A model generated the notes under the pieces. The model did no database searches. It saw nothing but the letters and a program-made list of their open reading frames with translations, and had not been told where the DNA came from. The position numbers were made by a program, and so were the translations under genes. From positions 32,001 to 96,000 of the forward strand of contig CAXXWX010000013.1 in NCBI GenBank assembly GCA_963675745.2: a DNA stretch of 64,000 bases, read 5' to 3'. Origin of the DNA: Phycisphaerae bacterium. GTDB lineage: Bacteria; Planctomycetota; Phycisphaerae; UBA1845; Fen-1342. Positions 26,582-36,985 of this stretch are shown here, piece by piece; the stretch's first letter is position 1, and each line of letters opens with the position of its first letter.

Positions 26582-26646
26582 GCGCGGGCCTCCATTTTGC
26601 CACGGCGCGCCGCGGCGTGTGACGCCTTGCCCCCCGGATGGGCGTG

Positions 26647-27489
26647 TTACTGATCTGGTTGCGACGGTTTCTCGCCGGGCTCAGCGCTGCTGTTCGCGTC
26701 TTCGTCCTTGTCGTCGGCCTGATCTTCGCGCGCCAGCCGTTCCGCGTGCTCCTTGACAGGATTATCGAAGCCCTTTTCATTGCACAGCTCTTCGACGATC
26801 TCGTCAAACTTGCGCACCTTCTGATTGTCGAGTCGCAGGCGTTTCTCCCGCGCGCCGACACGATGATAAAGGTCAATCCACCCCTTTGGGCTGTAGTCCC
26901 GCAACGACACCATGTCCTCGAAGCGAATGAGGCGGCCCGCATAGGTCATACCTTCGTCATCGATGATGACGCGCAGGCTGACCGCGCGGTACAGCTTCCA
27001 GGCGAACAGCAGCAGCACCGCGCCACAGAACAGAGCACAATAGAGCTGCATCTTGATTTCGCCGGGGCCCTTGAACCACGCACGCCACTCGATCTGCTTT
27101 GGCAACACGGTTCCGCCGCGAATCAGGACGATGACCTCCCCGTATTTGCCGGCGTAGTACTGGTACTCCTCGCCGGTGGGTCGCCTATCGGTGTGGAGCG
27201 GCTGACCCAGCATATCGCGGACCTGCTGAGGCAATCTGGGTTGGGCGGCGATGAGCTGATCGTAGTCGGACTTGAGTGGCCGGTCGGGCAGGCCATCGAC
27301 CAGCTCCGCCGCCGCGTGCTCGTCCAATTCCAGCAGGGCCCCAAGCTGGGCGATCGCCTGGTGACGGTTCTCGCCTGGATAGCCGAATAGCCAGTCGTAG
27401 GCGAAATAGCCCCCCAGGCCCAGGCAGATTATGACCACGATCAGGGCATAATTCCGATCGCCGCCGGCTGGTCCGCTTTCTAGTCTCAT
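26647..27489 (-). CDS. Hypothetical membrane protein (2 TM)
   Basis: ATG at 27489, two hydrophobic helices, 'YDWLFGYP' and 'KGWIDLY'. Confidence 0.7.
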   Translation of the reverse strand: MRLESGPAGGDRNYALIVVIICLGLGGYFAYDWLFGYPGENRHQAIAQLGALLELDEHAAAELVDGLPDRPLKSDYDQLIAAQPRLPQQVRDMLGQPLHTDRRPTGEEYQYYAGKYGEVIVLIRGGTVLPKQIEWRAWFKGPGEIKMQLYCALFCGAVLLLFAWKLYRAVSLRVIIDDEGMTYAGRLIRFEDMVSLRDYSPKGWIDLYHRVGAREKRLRLDNQKVRKFDEIVEELCNEKGFDNPVKEHAERLAREDQADDKDEDANSSAEPGEKPSQPDQ

Positions 27490-28012
27490 AATCGCAATCC
27501 CCACATTCTCGTCAGCGTGCGGCGTTGCGACACGCCAACCGCAACACCGACTTGCCAGGATTTGTGAAGTGCATGTCGAATACCACATTATGCCCGCGTC
27601 TGGGCGATCTGTCAGCGGCCGGCGATATTTTTGCGCCCGGCAGCCTGGGCCGACAGGCGGCAACCTGGAGATTCTATCGAGGCAAGCGCGGGGGCCCAGC
27701 TTTCAGGCCATGCCCGCAGATTTCTATCGGCTGCCGTGTGGCCGTGCTGGTGTGTTACGCCGCGTCAATTCCGGACAGAACGCGCGGGGTATTCCATGGT
27801 TATAGGACCATGGGGCCGGTCTGATTGCACGGGCTGCGCGCTGCCTCCGCTTCACCGGATTCCGACCACGCCGACTCATGTGCCGAGGCGCCACGCACGA
27901 TAACCAGCATGGGTGATGTGCCCGGATTCTCGCTATGTCGGGCCAGTGCCCGGTGCGGGCGTTGCGCCCTGAGTCGGGCGCCTGCGCCCGGCGTCAAGCT
28001 AGGAGGCTCCAG

Positions 28013-28486
28013 ATGGACAGCGTGGCTGGCAGCACGCACGCCCGGTCAGGCACGCTCACCGGCAAATTCCTCACCCTGAGCCTGGCTGATCGCGACTACG
28101 GCGTCAGTATTCGCAAGGTGCGCGAGATCATCGGCATGACAGATATCACCGTCGTGCCGCGCATGCCGCCGCACGTGATGGGGGTCATTAGTCTACGTGG
28201 CAAAGCGATTCCGGTGGTGGATCTACGCTCGGTATTCAGGATGGCGCGGGCCGCGTACACCGAGCAGACCTGCATCGTGATTGTCGGACCCGATCCGTTG
28301 ATCGGCGTCATAGTTGACGCGGTGCGCGAGGTGTTCTCCATCGAGACTGAACAGATTGCCCCGCCACAGCCAGGTGTCGGCGGTGACGCGCGTTTCGTCA
28401 CGGGCACCGCAAAACTCGATGATCGCGTGAGATTCCTGCTCGATATCGACGCCCTGCTCGATATGAGCATCGAGAACGATCTTTGA
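28013..28486 (+). CDS. cheW: Chemotaxis adaptor CheW
   Basis: RBS AGGAGG; 'KVREII', 'VPRMPPHVMGVISLRGKAIPVVDLR', 'GVIVDAV', 'LLDID'. Confidence 0.93.
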   Translation: MDSVAGSTHARSGTLTGKFLTLSLADRDYGVSIRKVREIIGMTDITVVPRMPPHVMGVISLRGKAIPVVDLRSVFRMARAAYTEQTCIVIVGPDPLIGVIVDAVREVFSIETEQIAPPQPGVGGDARFVTGTAKLDDRVRFLLDIDALLDMSIENDL

Positions 28487-28543
28487 TTCTCCGGCCCGGC
28501 TATGCCTGGTCGGGCGGCGGCATCACTGAGTCAGGATGCTTTC

Positions 28544-29021
28544 ATGGACCGTGTCGTTGACATCGCGGATATGGCGGTAACGAGCGAAGATGATACTTCG
28601 CTGGTGACCTACTCACTCGGCAGTTGCATCGGCCTGGCAATCTGGGATCCAGTCGCAAAGGTCGGCGGGCTGCTGCACTACATGTTGCCCGAGGGCGAAG
28701 GTCTCACCCGAGAAGGCCAAGATCAGTCCGGCGATGTTCGGCGACACGGGCATCCCACAGTTGTTCCGCGCCGCCTATGAGCTCGGCGCGGCAAAGAAAC
28801 GCCTGGTGGTCAAGGTCGCGGGCGGATCGCGGCTACTCGATGACACCGGGCCGTTCAACATCGGCAAACGCAACTACCTGGCCCTGCGCAAAATCTTCTG
28901 GAAGAACGGTGTGGCGATCGATGCCGAGGACGTCGGCGGATTCGAAAGCCGCACGATCAGGCTGGATGTCGGGAGCGGGGCCGTATCGGTCGAATGCCGT
29001 GACGGTGAGGTGGTGTTATGA
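28544..29021 (+). pseudogene. cheD: Chemoreceptor glutamine deamidase CheD, split by a +1 frameshift (real or sequencing error)
   Basis: First frame 'TYSLGSCIG..GGLLHYMLPE'; second frame 'VKVAGG..IGKRN..EDVGG'. Removing one G from GAGGGCG (28691-28697) restores a continuous ORF. Confidence 0.88.
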
Positions 29022-29872
29022 CGGTCAAGAGCATGGACGAAATCCTCGATCGCGTCGAACACCTGCCACGCCTGCAAGATACCGCAACGCGTCTGATCGC
29101 GGTGGTGGCGGACCCGACCAGCACGCTCGAGCAGATTGTGGAGACGATTCGCTACGACCAGACCGTCACCGCCCAGATCTTGCGACTGTGCAACTCGGCC
29201 TACTTCGGGCTCGTACGGCGTCTCTCATCGATCGACGAGGCCATTCGCTACATCGGCACGACCAAGGTCCTGCAGATGGTCATGGCCGTACACACGCAAA
29301 GCCTGCTGACCAGGCCACAGGAAGGCTACGGTTTGCCGCCGGGAGTGCTATGGCTGCACTCGGTCGGCGTGGCATTGGGCAGCCAGATGTTGGCACAGCG
29401 CTTCGGCATAACCCAAGTGGGAATGGTCTTCACATCCGGCCTGCTGCACGACGTTGGCAAGACGGTGCTGAATGAGTTCGTCGCGGCCGACTACGCCGAA
29501 ATCGCACGTATCGTCGCTGATGACGGTGTGTCATTCGTTGAGGCCGAACAGTCCGTCCTGGGCTTCACTCATCCTGAAATCGGCGAGCGCATGGCTGAAA
29601 TCTGGAACCTGCCAGAGAGCATCGCCAGGGCCGTGCGCTATCACCATGAGCCGGGTACTCCCGAGCAACCCGACCGGCTTATCGATGCCGTCCATCTGGC
29701 GGATTCGATCTGTAGACTCGTCGGTGTGGGGTGTGGCCACGACGGGCTGCTGAATCGCGCCGACCTGGCCACCATGGAGCGGCACGGATTGACCGAAACT
29801 GATCTTGAGAGCCTCGGTGCCGACATGGTGATCGAGCTGAAGGCGGTCCAGAAGCTCTTTGCCTTCGGCTAA
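29018..29872 (+). CDS. HDOD-domain signalling protein
   Basis: 'ILRLCNSAYFG', 'LWLHS', 'GLLHDVGK', 'E..LGFTHPEIG', 'WNLP', 'YHHEP'. Confidence 0.92.
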   Translation: MTVKSMDEILDRVEHLPRLQDTATRLIAVVADPTSTLEQIVETIRYDQTVTAQILRLCNSAYFGLVRRLSSIDEAIRYIGTTKVLQMVMAVHTQSLLTRPQEGYGLPPGVLWLHSVGVALGSQMLAQRFGITQVGMVFTSGLLHDVGKTVLNEFVAADYAEIARIVADDGVSFVEAEQSVLGFTHPEIGERMAEIWNLPESIARAVRYHHEPGTPEQPDRLIDAVHLADSICRLVGVGCGHDGLLNRADLATMERHGLTETDLESLGADMVIELKAVQKLFAFG

Positions 29873-30072
29873 GCCACCCGTCAACGGTGACAACAACGCC
29901 CGCCGCTTGCGACCTTACCGTATGGTGTTTTATCCACGCCCAGCCGGTTGACGCGTAAAGGCTAATCCATAGTATCGTTGCGACGCCCCGTGAATTATCA
30001 CGTGCCACCAGCCGCGCCGGCGAGATTGGCCGTCTGGGCCGGGCGTCAGAATCACCAGGCCGGGACACTCAT

Positions 30073-31362
30073 ATGCCAGACATCAGTTTCCTCGACGACC
30101 TCGAACAGCGCGGTTTGATCCACCAGACTTCCTCGCCCGCGCTCGCACAAGCGCTGCACCAGGGTGCGCTGACCGGCTATATCGGGTTTGACCCGACCGC
30201 CGACAGCTTGCACGTCGGCAGCCTCTTGCCGCTGGTCACGCTCCGACGTTTCCAGCTCGCCGGCCACAAACCCATCGGCCTCGTGGGCGGCGGCACCGGT
30301 CTGATTGGCGACCCCAGCGGCCGCGAGTCCGAGCGCACGCTGCAAACGCGCGAACAGATCGAGGCCAATCTGGCCGGCATCCGCGCCCAGGTCGAGCGCT
30401 TCCTGGACTTCGACCGCGGAGCATTGCTGGTAAACAACGCCGAGTGGCTCTGTGAACTGAAGTTAGTCGAGTTCCTGCGCGACATCGGCAAACACTTCTC
30501 CATCAACCAGATGATCGTCCGCGACTCGGTTCGGATGCGGCTGGAAACGCGCGAGCAGGGCCTCTCGTTCACCGAGTTCACCTATATGCTGCTCCAGGCC
30601 TATGACTTCCTGGCGCTTTACGATCGCTGCGGCTGTACGTTGCAGCTCGGCGGCAGCGATCAGTGGGGCAACATCCTCTCCGGGGCCGACCTGATCCGGC
30701 GTCTACGCGATGTGGAGGCCTTCGGGCTGACCATGCCGCTGGTCACGCGCGCTGATGGCAAGAAATTCGGCAAGTCCGAGGAAGGCAACGTCTGGCTCGA
30801 TCCCCAGCGCACCAGTCCCTACCAGTTTTACCAGTTCTGGCTGAACGCGGATGACGGCGACGTCGTCAAATACCTGCGCCACTTCACGTTTCTCGCGCCG
30901 GACGAGATCGCCCAGGCCGAGCGGGCCGTCGCCGAATCTCCGCAGGAGCGCGCCGCTCAGAAGCTGCTGGCCGAGCAGCTCACGCGCATGGTGCACGGCG
31001 ATGACGCGCTGGCCCGCGCCCAACGCGCCACGGCGGCGTTGTTTGATAAGAATGCCGACTTCCGCGCCTTGTCCGAACAGGAGCTGCGCGAGGCGTTTCA
31101 AGGGGCGCCGACGTCGCCGATCCCCGCCGCGCATCTGGGTACCGACGATGCGAAGCTGGCCAAGGTTCTCGCCGAGGTCGGGCTCTATCCCTCACGCAGT
31201 CGGGCGCGCAAGGATCTGCCCGGCGGGGGGGTGTCGGTGAACAATCTCGTGGTGCGCGACGCCGAGCACGTGTTGGCCGAGACCGATGTGCTTGGCGGCG
31301 GGTTCGTGATTCTGCGCAAGGGCAAGAAGACTTATCACGTGTTGAGCGTTAGCCCGGGATAG
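30073..31362 (+). CDS. tyrS: Tyrosine--tRNA ligase
   Basis: 'GFDPTADSLHVG', 'QAYDF', 'QLGGSDQWGNI', 'KFGKS', S4-like C-terminus. Confidence 0.98.
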   Translation: MPDISFLDDLEQRGLIHQTSSPALAQALHQGALTGYIGFDPTADSLHVGSLLPLVTLRRFQLAGHKPIGLVGGGTGLIGDPSGRESERTLQTREQIEANLAGIRAQVERFLDFDRGALLVNNAEWLCELKLVEFLRDIGKHFSINQMIVRDSVRMRLETREQGLSFTEFTYMLLQAYDFLALYDRCGCTLQLGGSDQWGNILSGADLIRRLRDVEAFGLTMPLVTRADGKKFGKSEEGNVWLDPQRTSPYQFYQFWLNADDGDVVKYLRHFTFLAPDEIAQAERAVAESPQERAAQKLLAEQLTRMVHGDDALARAQRATAALFDKNADFRALSEQELREAFQGAPTSPIPAAHLGTDDAKLAKVLAEVGLYPSRSRARKDLPGGGVSVNNLVVRDAEHVLAETDVLGGGFVILRKGKKTYHVLSVSPG

Positions 31363-31466
31363 ACTTCCAGCCGGGCGCCGCGGCGCGTGCGCGCTTCGGC
31401 CAAGGCGTGAACTGAACCGGCCCGCGGCAGCGACTCCTTGCAGACCCACCGAGCTCAATAGCAGCT

Positions 31467-32531
31467 ATGTCCGGGAGACAGCATCAACATCAATCGCACC
31501 GGCGGCGCGCCACTCGCGCCGCCAAACGGCCCGGATCGCCGACCGCGCAGAGCATGCCGCCTGACCGGCGCCGCCGGCTGGACGGCGCCATCGCCGCGCG
31601 TGAGTCGCTCCTGTCCGACAAGTTGACCAACGCCTGCCGCGTGTTCAACGGCGTGCGCGATGGCATTGACGGGTTGGTCATCGAGCGCTTTGGCGATGTC
31701 CTCATCGCGCAACTGCATGAGGGACGCCTGACGCTGGACGAGCGTGAGGCGCGGGCCTGTTGTGCCCACGTGGCCGACCGGCTGGGCGCGCGCGCCGTCT
31801 ATCGCAAGATGTTCGCGCGCGACCGCACGGCGGCGCCACCCGCTGTTGATCAAGGCCATCACAATCCAGTGCCCTGGATCGGGACGGCTGTCGATGAAGA
31901 GATCGTGATTCATGAGCATGGCGCGCGCTACGTGATCAGGCCATATGACGGCTACTCGGTAGGGCTGTTCCTGGAACATCGTGAGAATCGGCGCCAGATC
32001 CGCGCGCTGGCTGGCGGCCGGCGCGTGCTGAATACCTTCGCGTACACGTGCGCATTCTCGGTCAGCGCGGCGCTGGGCGGCGCGGCGGAGACTGTTAGTG
32101 TTGACATCGCCAAACGTACGCTGGACTGGGGCAAGCGCAACTTCCTGGCCAACGACCTTACACCCGACGACCACAAGTTCCGCGTCGCGGATACGCTGGA
32201 TTTCTGTCGTCGGGCCCAGCGCCGCCAGGAGCGGTTCGATCTGGTGATCCTCGACCCGCCCAGCTTCTCTCGGGCGCGTAATTCCAGGCGTGTTTTCAAT
32301 CTTGATGCCCAGCTCGACGAACTTGTGGCCGCAGCGCTGCCGGTCATCGCTCCCGGCGGCTTGTTGCTGTTGGCCACGAACCACCGGACGATACGTTACC
32401 ATCGGCTGGAGCAGGCGTTGCGACGCGCTTGCGCCGGGCGAAAACTACAGTCAAGCTCTCGGCAGAAGCTGCCGCCGGACTTTCAAAACGATCCCGACTA
32501 CAGCAAGTCGATACTGGCTGAGATCGGCTAG
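31467..32531 (+). CDS. RlmI/RlmK-like SAM-dependent rRNA methyltransferase
   Basis: 'DGIDGLVIERFG', 'GLFLEHRENR', 'VLNTFAYTCAFS', 'LDPPSF'. Confidence 0.88.
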   Translation: MSGRQHQHQSHRRRATRAAKRPGSPTAQSMPPDRRRRLDGAIAARESLLSDKLTNACRVFNGVRDGIDGLVIERFGDVLIAQLHEGRLTLDEREARACCAHVADRLGARAVYRKMFARDRTAAPPAVDQGHHNPVPWIGTAVDEEIVIHEHGARYVIRPYDGYSVGLFLEHRENRRQIRALAGGRRVLNTFAYTCAFSVSAALGGAAETVSVDIAKRTLDWGKRNFLANDLTPDDHKFRVADTLDFCRRAQRRQERFDLVILDPPSFSRARNSRRVFNLDAQLDELVAAALPVIAPGGLLLLATNHRTIRYHRLEQALRRACAGRKLQSSSRQKLPPDFQNDPDYSKSILAEIG

Positions 32532-32756
32532 CGCGCTGTCGCCCACGTCCGGCGTTATGCGTGGCACGAGCGCCGACCAGGGTGGCGCCGCCGGCCGTGA
32601 CCCGTGCCCGTGAGGCAAAATCGGGCACACCGCGAGCAAAGCAACGCCGAGTGCGTTATGCTGGGCTATTCCGACTCGGCTGTAAGCCCATCGATTCGAC
32701 GCCGAGTCTCTCTGGAAGATTCATCATCTGCTGGCAATTTCGTGGAGAACACTGCG

Positions 32757-34142
32757 ATGCATGGTTTCCTGACCGGCCAACGAATGGCATGTGCCGCGAC
32801 CGCGGCGATTGCGCTCATGAGTCTGGTTCTGCTCGGCTGCGATGGTGGCGCCGCGCCGCCGCCGCCGGCAAATAGTGTTGGTCAACAGAAAACACTCGTC
32901 GTGCTCACGCCGCACAATGAGAAGATCCGCTATGCGTTTGCCGCGGGCTTTTCGAGTTGGCATCTGGGGGCACGGAACGCGCCGGTTCACATCAAGTGGC
33001 TGTATCGCGGCACGCCACAGTGCGTCGAGTTTGTCCGCGGCGCCAGCGCGCGTCGTTTGGAGGGGGCGCCGGTGGAACTGCCCGACGTGATGTTCGGCGG
33101 TGGTATCGCCGGCCATACCGAGCTGGCCGAAGCGGGCTTGTCCGTGCCGGTGGATCTCTCCGATCTGGTGGCGGAGATTCCGGCGGAGTTGAACGGGCTG
33201 CCGACGCGCGACGCCAAGCAGCGCTGGTACGCCACCGGCCTGAGCAGTTTCGGCATTCTGGTCAATGACGAGGCTTGCGCGGCGCGCGGCGTTGAACCGC
33301 CGGCGACGTGGGCTGACCTGGCCGACCCGCGTTTCCAGAGCTGGCTGGCGCTGGCCGACCCGCGCGGCAGCGGCAGTCATCGCGAATGCCTGGTTATCAC
33401 GCTCCAGCAACTCGGTTGGCAGCGCGGGTGGGCGGCAATCACGCAGATGCTCGCCAACGCTCGTGCCCTGAGCGCGCGCAGTGCCGATGCGCTGCAATTG
33501 GTCGAGAGTGGACACGCCCTCGCCACGTTGGCCGTCAACTTCGACGGAGAGGCGCGCGCCGCGGCCAGTGAAGGGAAACTCCACTACACGAACCCCATCG
33601 GCGCGACCGCCGTGACTCCCGACATCGTAAGCGTGCTGGCCACCGCCGCGGATGTGGATTTGGCCAAGGACTTCGTGCGCTACCTGATGAGCGAAGAGGG
33701 GCTGGCGCTGTGGGCCGTCACGCAGGATAACCGGCGCGTGCCCGGCGAGACGCTGTACCATTACCCGATTGACCCGAAAATCTACGAGAAACACGCCGAT
33801 CATCTGTCGGTCAAGCTCAATCCCTTCACCACAAAACTCGGCCTGACTATGGACCCGGAGACGACCGCCGGGCAGCGACTCCTGCTGAACGCGCTGTTGC
33901 CGGCGGCGGCCGGTGACAACCACGTGGCATTGCAGCAGGCTTGGTGCGCGGTCATCGATGCGGGCATGCCCGAAGATGCGCTGGCTGAGCTTACGTCGCC
34001 GCTGTTTGACGAAGCGACGGCCATGGAAGTGGCTGAGGAGCTGGCCGGCGCTGCGCCGGATGAGATCGCCGCGTTGCAGGCCGAATGGGCCCAGCGATTT
34101 GCACAGAAGTATGCCAAGGCGCTGGAAATGGCGCAGCAATAA
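32757..34142 (+). CDS. ABC-type extracellular solute-binding lipoprotein (Fe3+/thiamine-like family)
   Basis: Lipobox LLG-C, 'LTPH', 'DVMFGGG', 'TWADLADP', 'ADPRGSGS'. Confidence 0.8.
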   Translation: MHGFLTGQRMACAATAAIALMSLVLLGCDGGAAPPPPANSVGQQKTLVVLTPHNEKIRYAFAAGFSSWHLGARNAPVHIKWLYRGTPQCVEFVRGASARRLEGAPVELPDVMFGGGIAGHTELAEAGLSVPVDLSDLVAEIPAELNGLPTRDAKQRWYATGLSSFGILVNDEACAARGVEPPATWADLADPRFQSWLALADPRGSGSHRECLVITLQQLGWQRGWAAITQMLANARALSARSADALQLVESGHALATLAVNFDGEARAAASEGKLHYTNPIGATAVTPDIVSVLATAADVDLAKDFVRYLMSEEGLALWAVTQDNRRVPGETLYHYPIDPKIYEKHADHLSVKLNPFTTKLGLTMDPETTAGQRLLLNALLPAAAGDNHVALQQAWCAVIDAGMPEDALAELTSPLFDEATAMEVAEELAGAAPDEIAALQAEWAQRFAQKYAKALEMAQQ

Positions 34143-34186
34143 CAGCCCGGCGCCGCCGGCCGTCGGACATCGATAACACCTCTCCT

Positions 34187-34217
34187 GCCGGCGGCCTGCG
34201 AGGCGCAGGCCGTTACG
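34187..34217 (-). repeat. GTAA-type REP hairpin
   Basis: Exact 31-bp reverse complement of 60353-60383. Confidence 0.75.
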
Positions 34218-34301
34218 GGTACAGGGTGCGCCGAGCACGGCAGGTCGAGCGCAGCGATACCTGCCGTCGTGCAATCACGCCGATTGCTCGACCGGCGTTG
34301 C

Positions 34302-35750
34302 TCAGACCTTCACATCGTGGGTGGTAATGGCATCTCGGCCGTGATAGTCAAGCACCGGCGCGACGACCTTGGCAAGAAACTCGCGCGTCTGCTGCGGGGC
34401 GAGGCCGACGTAGCGGCGTGCGTCCAGGGCGCGGCTCCACCGGACCCGCGCGAAAGCGGCGTCGGCCTTCAACCGCGCAATCAGGTCATTCGCCTTGCCG
34501 TGCTGCTTGATCTGACGAGCGGCGGCCTGGCTGTGTCGGCGGATACGCTCGTGCAGCGCCTGGCGATCCCCACCCTTTGAAACAGCCTCCATCAGGATGT
34601 CTTCGCTGGCGATGAACGGCAGCTCGGCCTCGATCCGCGCGCTGATCATCGCCGGATACACCACCAACCCATCGAGGATGCTGTGGAGCAGTATGACAAG
34701 CGCGTCGGCGGTCAGGAAAGCCTGCGGCATGATCAGACGCTTGTTGGAAGAGTCGTCAAGCGTGCGCTCGAACATCTGGGCGGCCAGCGTCTGGAAAGAT
34801 GATTGCACCAGGGCGATCAGATAGCGCGCCAGCCCCGTCGCGCGCTCACTGCGCATCGGATTGCGCTTGTACGCCATCGCCGAGCTGCCAACCTGCTTTC
34901 TGCCGAACGGCTCTTCGATTTCCTTGAGCATCGCGAGCAGGCGGATGTCGTTGCATATGCGCTGGGTGCTGGCCGCCAGCGAGCCGAGCGTGGCGAGTAT
35001 TTCGACGTCCACTTTGCGCGAGTAGGTCTGTCCGCAGACCGGGTAACACGCAGCAAAACCAAGCTGTGTGGCAAACAGCTTTTCCGTTCGCCGCACTTTG
35101 GTTTTGTTGCCGAGCAGCTTGAGGAATGATGCTTGCGTACCGGTCGCTCCGCGCAGGCCGCGGCACTTGAGCCCGTCATGGGCCGCGGCGATCGCCTCCA
35201 GATCGCGCAGCAGGTCGCTTAGCCACAGCGTGCCGCGTTTGCCGACCGTAGTCAGTTGCGCTGGTTGCAGATGCGTGAAGCCCAGGGTGGGCAGTTCTGC
35301 GTATTCTCCGCAGAAAGCCGACAGTACACGCACCACGCCCGCCAGCCGGCGACGCAGCAGATCCAGGGCCGCGCGCATCAACAGCAGGTCGGCGTTATCG
35401 ACGATGTCCATGCTCGTGGCGCCGAGATGGATGATGCCCCGCGCGGCCGGGGCCGCGTCCCCGAAAGCGTGGATGTGGGCCATCACGTCATGACGCGTCT
35501 CGGTCTCGTACTTTCGCACCGCGGCAAAATCGATCTGGTCGACGACGCGGCGCATCGCGCGAAGCTGCTTTTGCGAGATGTCCAGACCCAGCTCGCGCTG
35601 GGCCGACGCCAGCGCGATCCAGATTCGTCGCCACGTGCCATAACGCCGCTCGCGGCTCCAGATGCGCAACATCTCGGCTGAGGCATAGCGCGAGGCGAGC
35701 GGGTCTTCAAGTTGCCCGCGTGGCTGGGATGGTGTGCGGGACTTTGACAT
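34302..35750 (-). CDS. purB: Adenylosuccinate lyase
   Basis: 'PLASRYAS', 'HDVMAH', 'HLGATS', 'GFTHLQPAQ', 'GSSAMAYKRNPM'. Confidence 0.96.
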   Translation of the reverse strand: MSKSRTPSQPRGQLEDPLASRYASAEMLRIWSRERRYGTWRRIWIALASAQRELGLDISQKQLRAMRRVVDQIDFAAVRKYETETRHDVMAHIHAFGDAAPAARGIIHLGATSMDIVDNADLLLMRAALDLLRRRLAGVVRVLSAFCGEYAELPTLGFTHLQPAQLTTVGKRGTLWLSDLLRDLEAIAAAHDGLKCRGLRGATGTQASFLKLLGNKTKVRRTEKLFATQLGFAACYPVCGQTYSRKVDVEILATLGSLAASTQRICNDIRLLAMLKEIEEPFGRKQVGSSAMAYKRNPMRSERATGLARYLIALVQSSFQTLAAQMFERTLDDSSNKRLIMPQAFLTADALVILLHSILDGLVVYPAMISARIEAELPFIASEDILMEAVSKGGDRQALHERIRRHSQAAARQIKQHGKANDLIARLKADAAFARVRWSRALDARRYVGLAPQQTREFLAKVVAPVLDYHGRDAITTHDVKV

Positions 35751-35758
35751 GCTGCGCC

Positions 35759-36985
35759 TCAATCCTCCAAGGCCTGTTTCAAGTCGGCGATGAGGTCGCC
35801 CACGGTCTCCAGGCCGACGTGCAGCCGGATAAACCAGACGATCTCGTCGGGGCTGTCGCTGAAGAAGTTCCCTCCGACGACCAGGCTCTCGTGTCCGCCC
35901 CAGCTCACGCCGATGCTGAACAGCTTGAGCCGGTTTACGACCCGATTGCACGCTTCGCGGTCTTGCTGTCTGAGTGTGAAACCGAACAGGCTGCTATAAC
36001 CACGTAGCTGTTGCCTGGCGATTTCGTGATGCGGGTGCGCGGGCAGCCCCGGATGGTAAACGCGCTCGATGCGGGGGTGGTCCACCAGAAACCGCGCAAC
36101 GGCCAGCGCATTGGATTGGTGGCGCTCCATCCGTATCGGGAGCGTTCGCACGCCGCGCATCAGCAGCCAGGCGGCGAACGGATCACAGACGGCGCCCACG
36201 AGCTCGAGCTCGTTGTGGACTTGCTGCTCGAGTTCCGTGTCGTTGCCGATTACCGCGCCGGCCACCACGTCGCTATGGCCGCCGAAAAACTTCGTCGCGC
36301 TGTGTACGACCAGGTCACAGCCGAGACCGAGAGGTTGCAGAAAGTAGGGCGTGGCCCACGAATTATCGAAGATCGTTGTCAGTCCGCGCTCTTTGGCAAT
36401 CTGAGTCAGTGCGGCGATAGGGGGGCAATCACCCAAGCCGCTGGTGGGGCTTTCGAGGTACAGTACCTTGGTCTCGGGGCGGATCGCCGCAACGAAATCG
36501 TCGGGCTCGACTCCTTTGACGAAGGTCGTGCCCACGCCGAAACGTTCGAGGCGTCCGAGCAATTGCCTGGTGGGCCAGTAACAGCGATACACGCAGACCA
36601 CGTGATCGCCGCTCTGCACGCAGGCGTTTATCGCGGCCGAGACGGCACCCATGCCGGATGCGAAAGCCCGCGCCCAGCGGCCGCCCTCGAGCCGCGCCAG
36701 TTTGGCTTCGAGAATCGCCGTGGTCGGGTTGCCGGTGCGCGTATATTCGAAGAATGCGCTGTCGGGCGACTTACGCTTCTCGAATTCCTCGGCGGACGGA
36801 TAGATGAACGTGGAATTCTGGTAGATGGGCGGGACAGCGCCGCCGCCGTGGCCGAGCCGATCTTCGCCGAAATGTTCGCAGAGCGTCTCAAAGCCCGCGT
36901 CGGCGGGTAGCTCGGGGCCGCTGGCGCCTGGTACAGGTCTGGTTTTCATGTGGAGCACAGTGGCGTTTTCGACCCGGGCCGTCAA
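35759..36985 (-). CDS. PLP-dependent trans-sulfuration enzyme (cystathionine gamma-synthase/beta-lyase family)
   Basis: 'PPIYQNSTF', 'YTRTGNPT', 'FASGMGA', 'HSATKFFGGHSD', 'SWGGHES'. Confidence 0.92.
   Translation of the reverse strand: MTARVENATVLHMKTRPVPGASGPELPADAGFETLCEHFGEDRLGHGGGAVPPIYQNSTFIYPSAEEFEKRKSPDSAFFEYTRTGNPTTAILEAKLARLEGGRWARAFASGMGAVSAAINACVQSGDHVVCVYRCYWPTRQLLGRLERFGVGTTFVKGVEPDDFVAAIRPETKVLYLESPTSGLGDCPPIAALTQIAKERGLTTIFDNSWATPYFLQPLGLGCDLVVHSATKFFGGHSDVVAGAVIGNDTELEQQVHNELELVGAVCDPFAAWLLMRGVRTLPIRMERHQSNALAVARFLVDHPRIERVYHPGLPAHPHHEIARQQLRGYSSLFGFTLRQQDREACNRVVNRLKLFSIGVSWGGHESLVVGGNFFSDSPDEIVWFIRLHVGLETVGDLIADLKQALED

Noticed and set aside
29873..30072. T-box leader upstream of tyrS
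   Set aside because: No T-box consensus (AAnnnGGGTGGnACC) or terminator/antiterminator is visible, and the leader is short.
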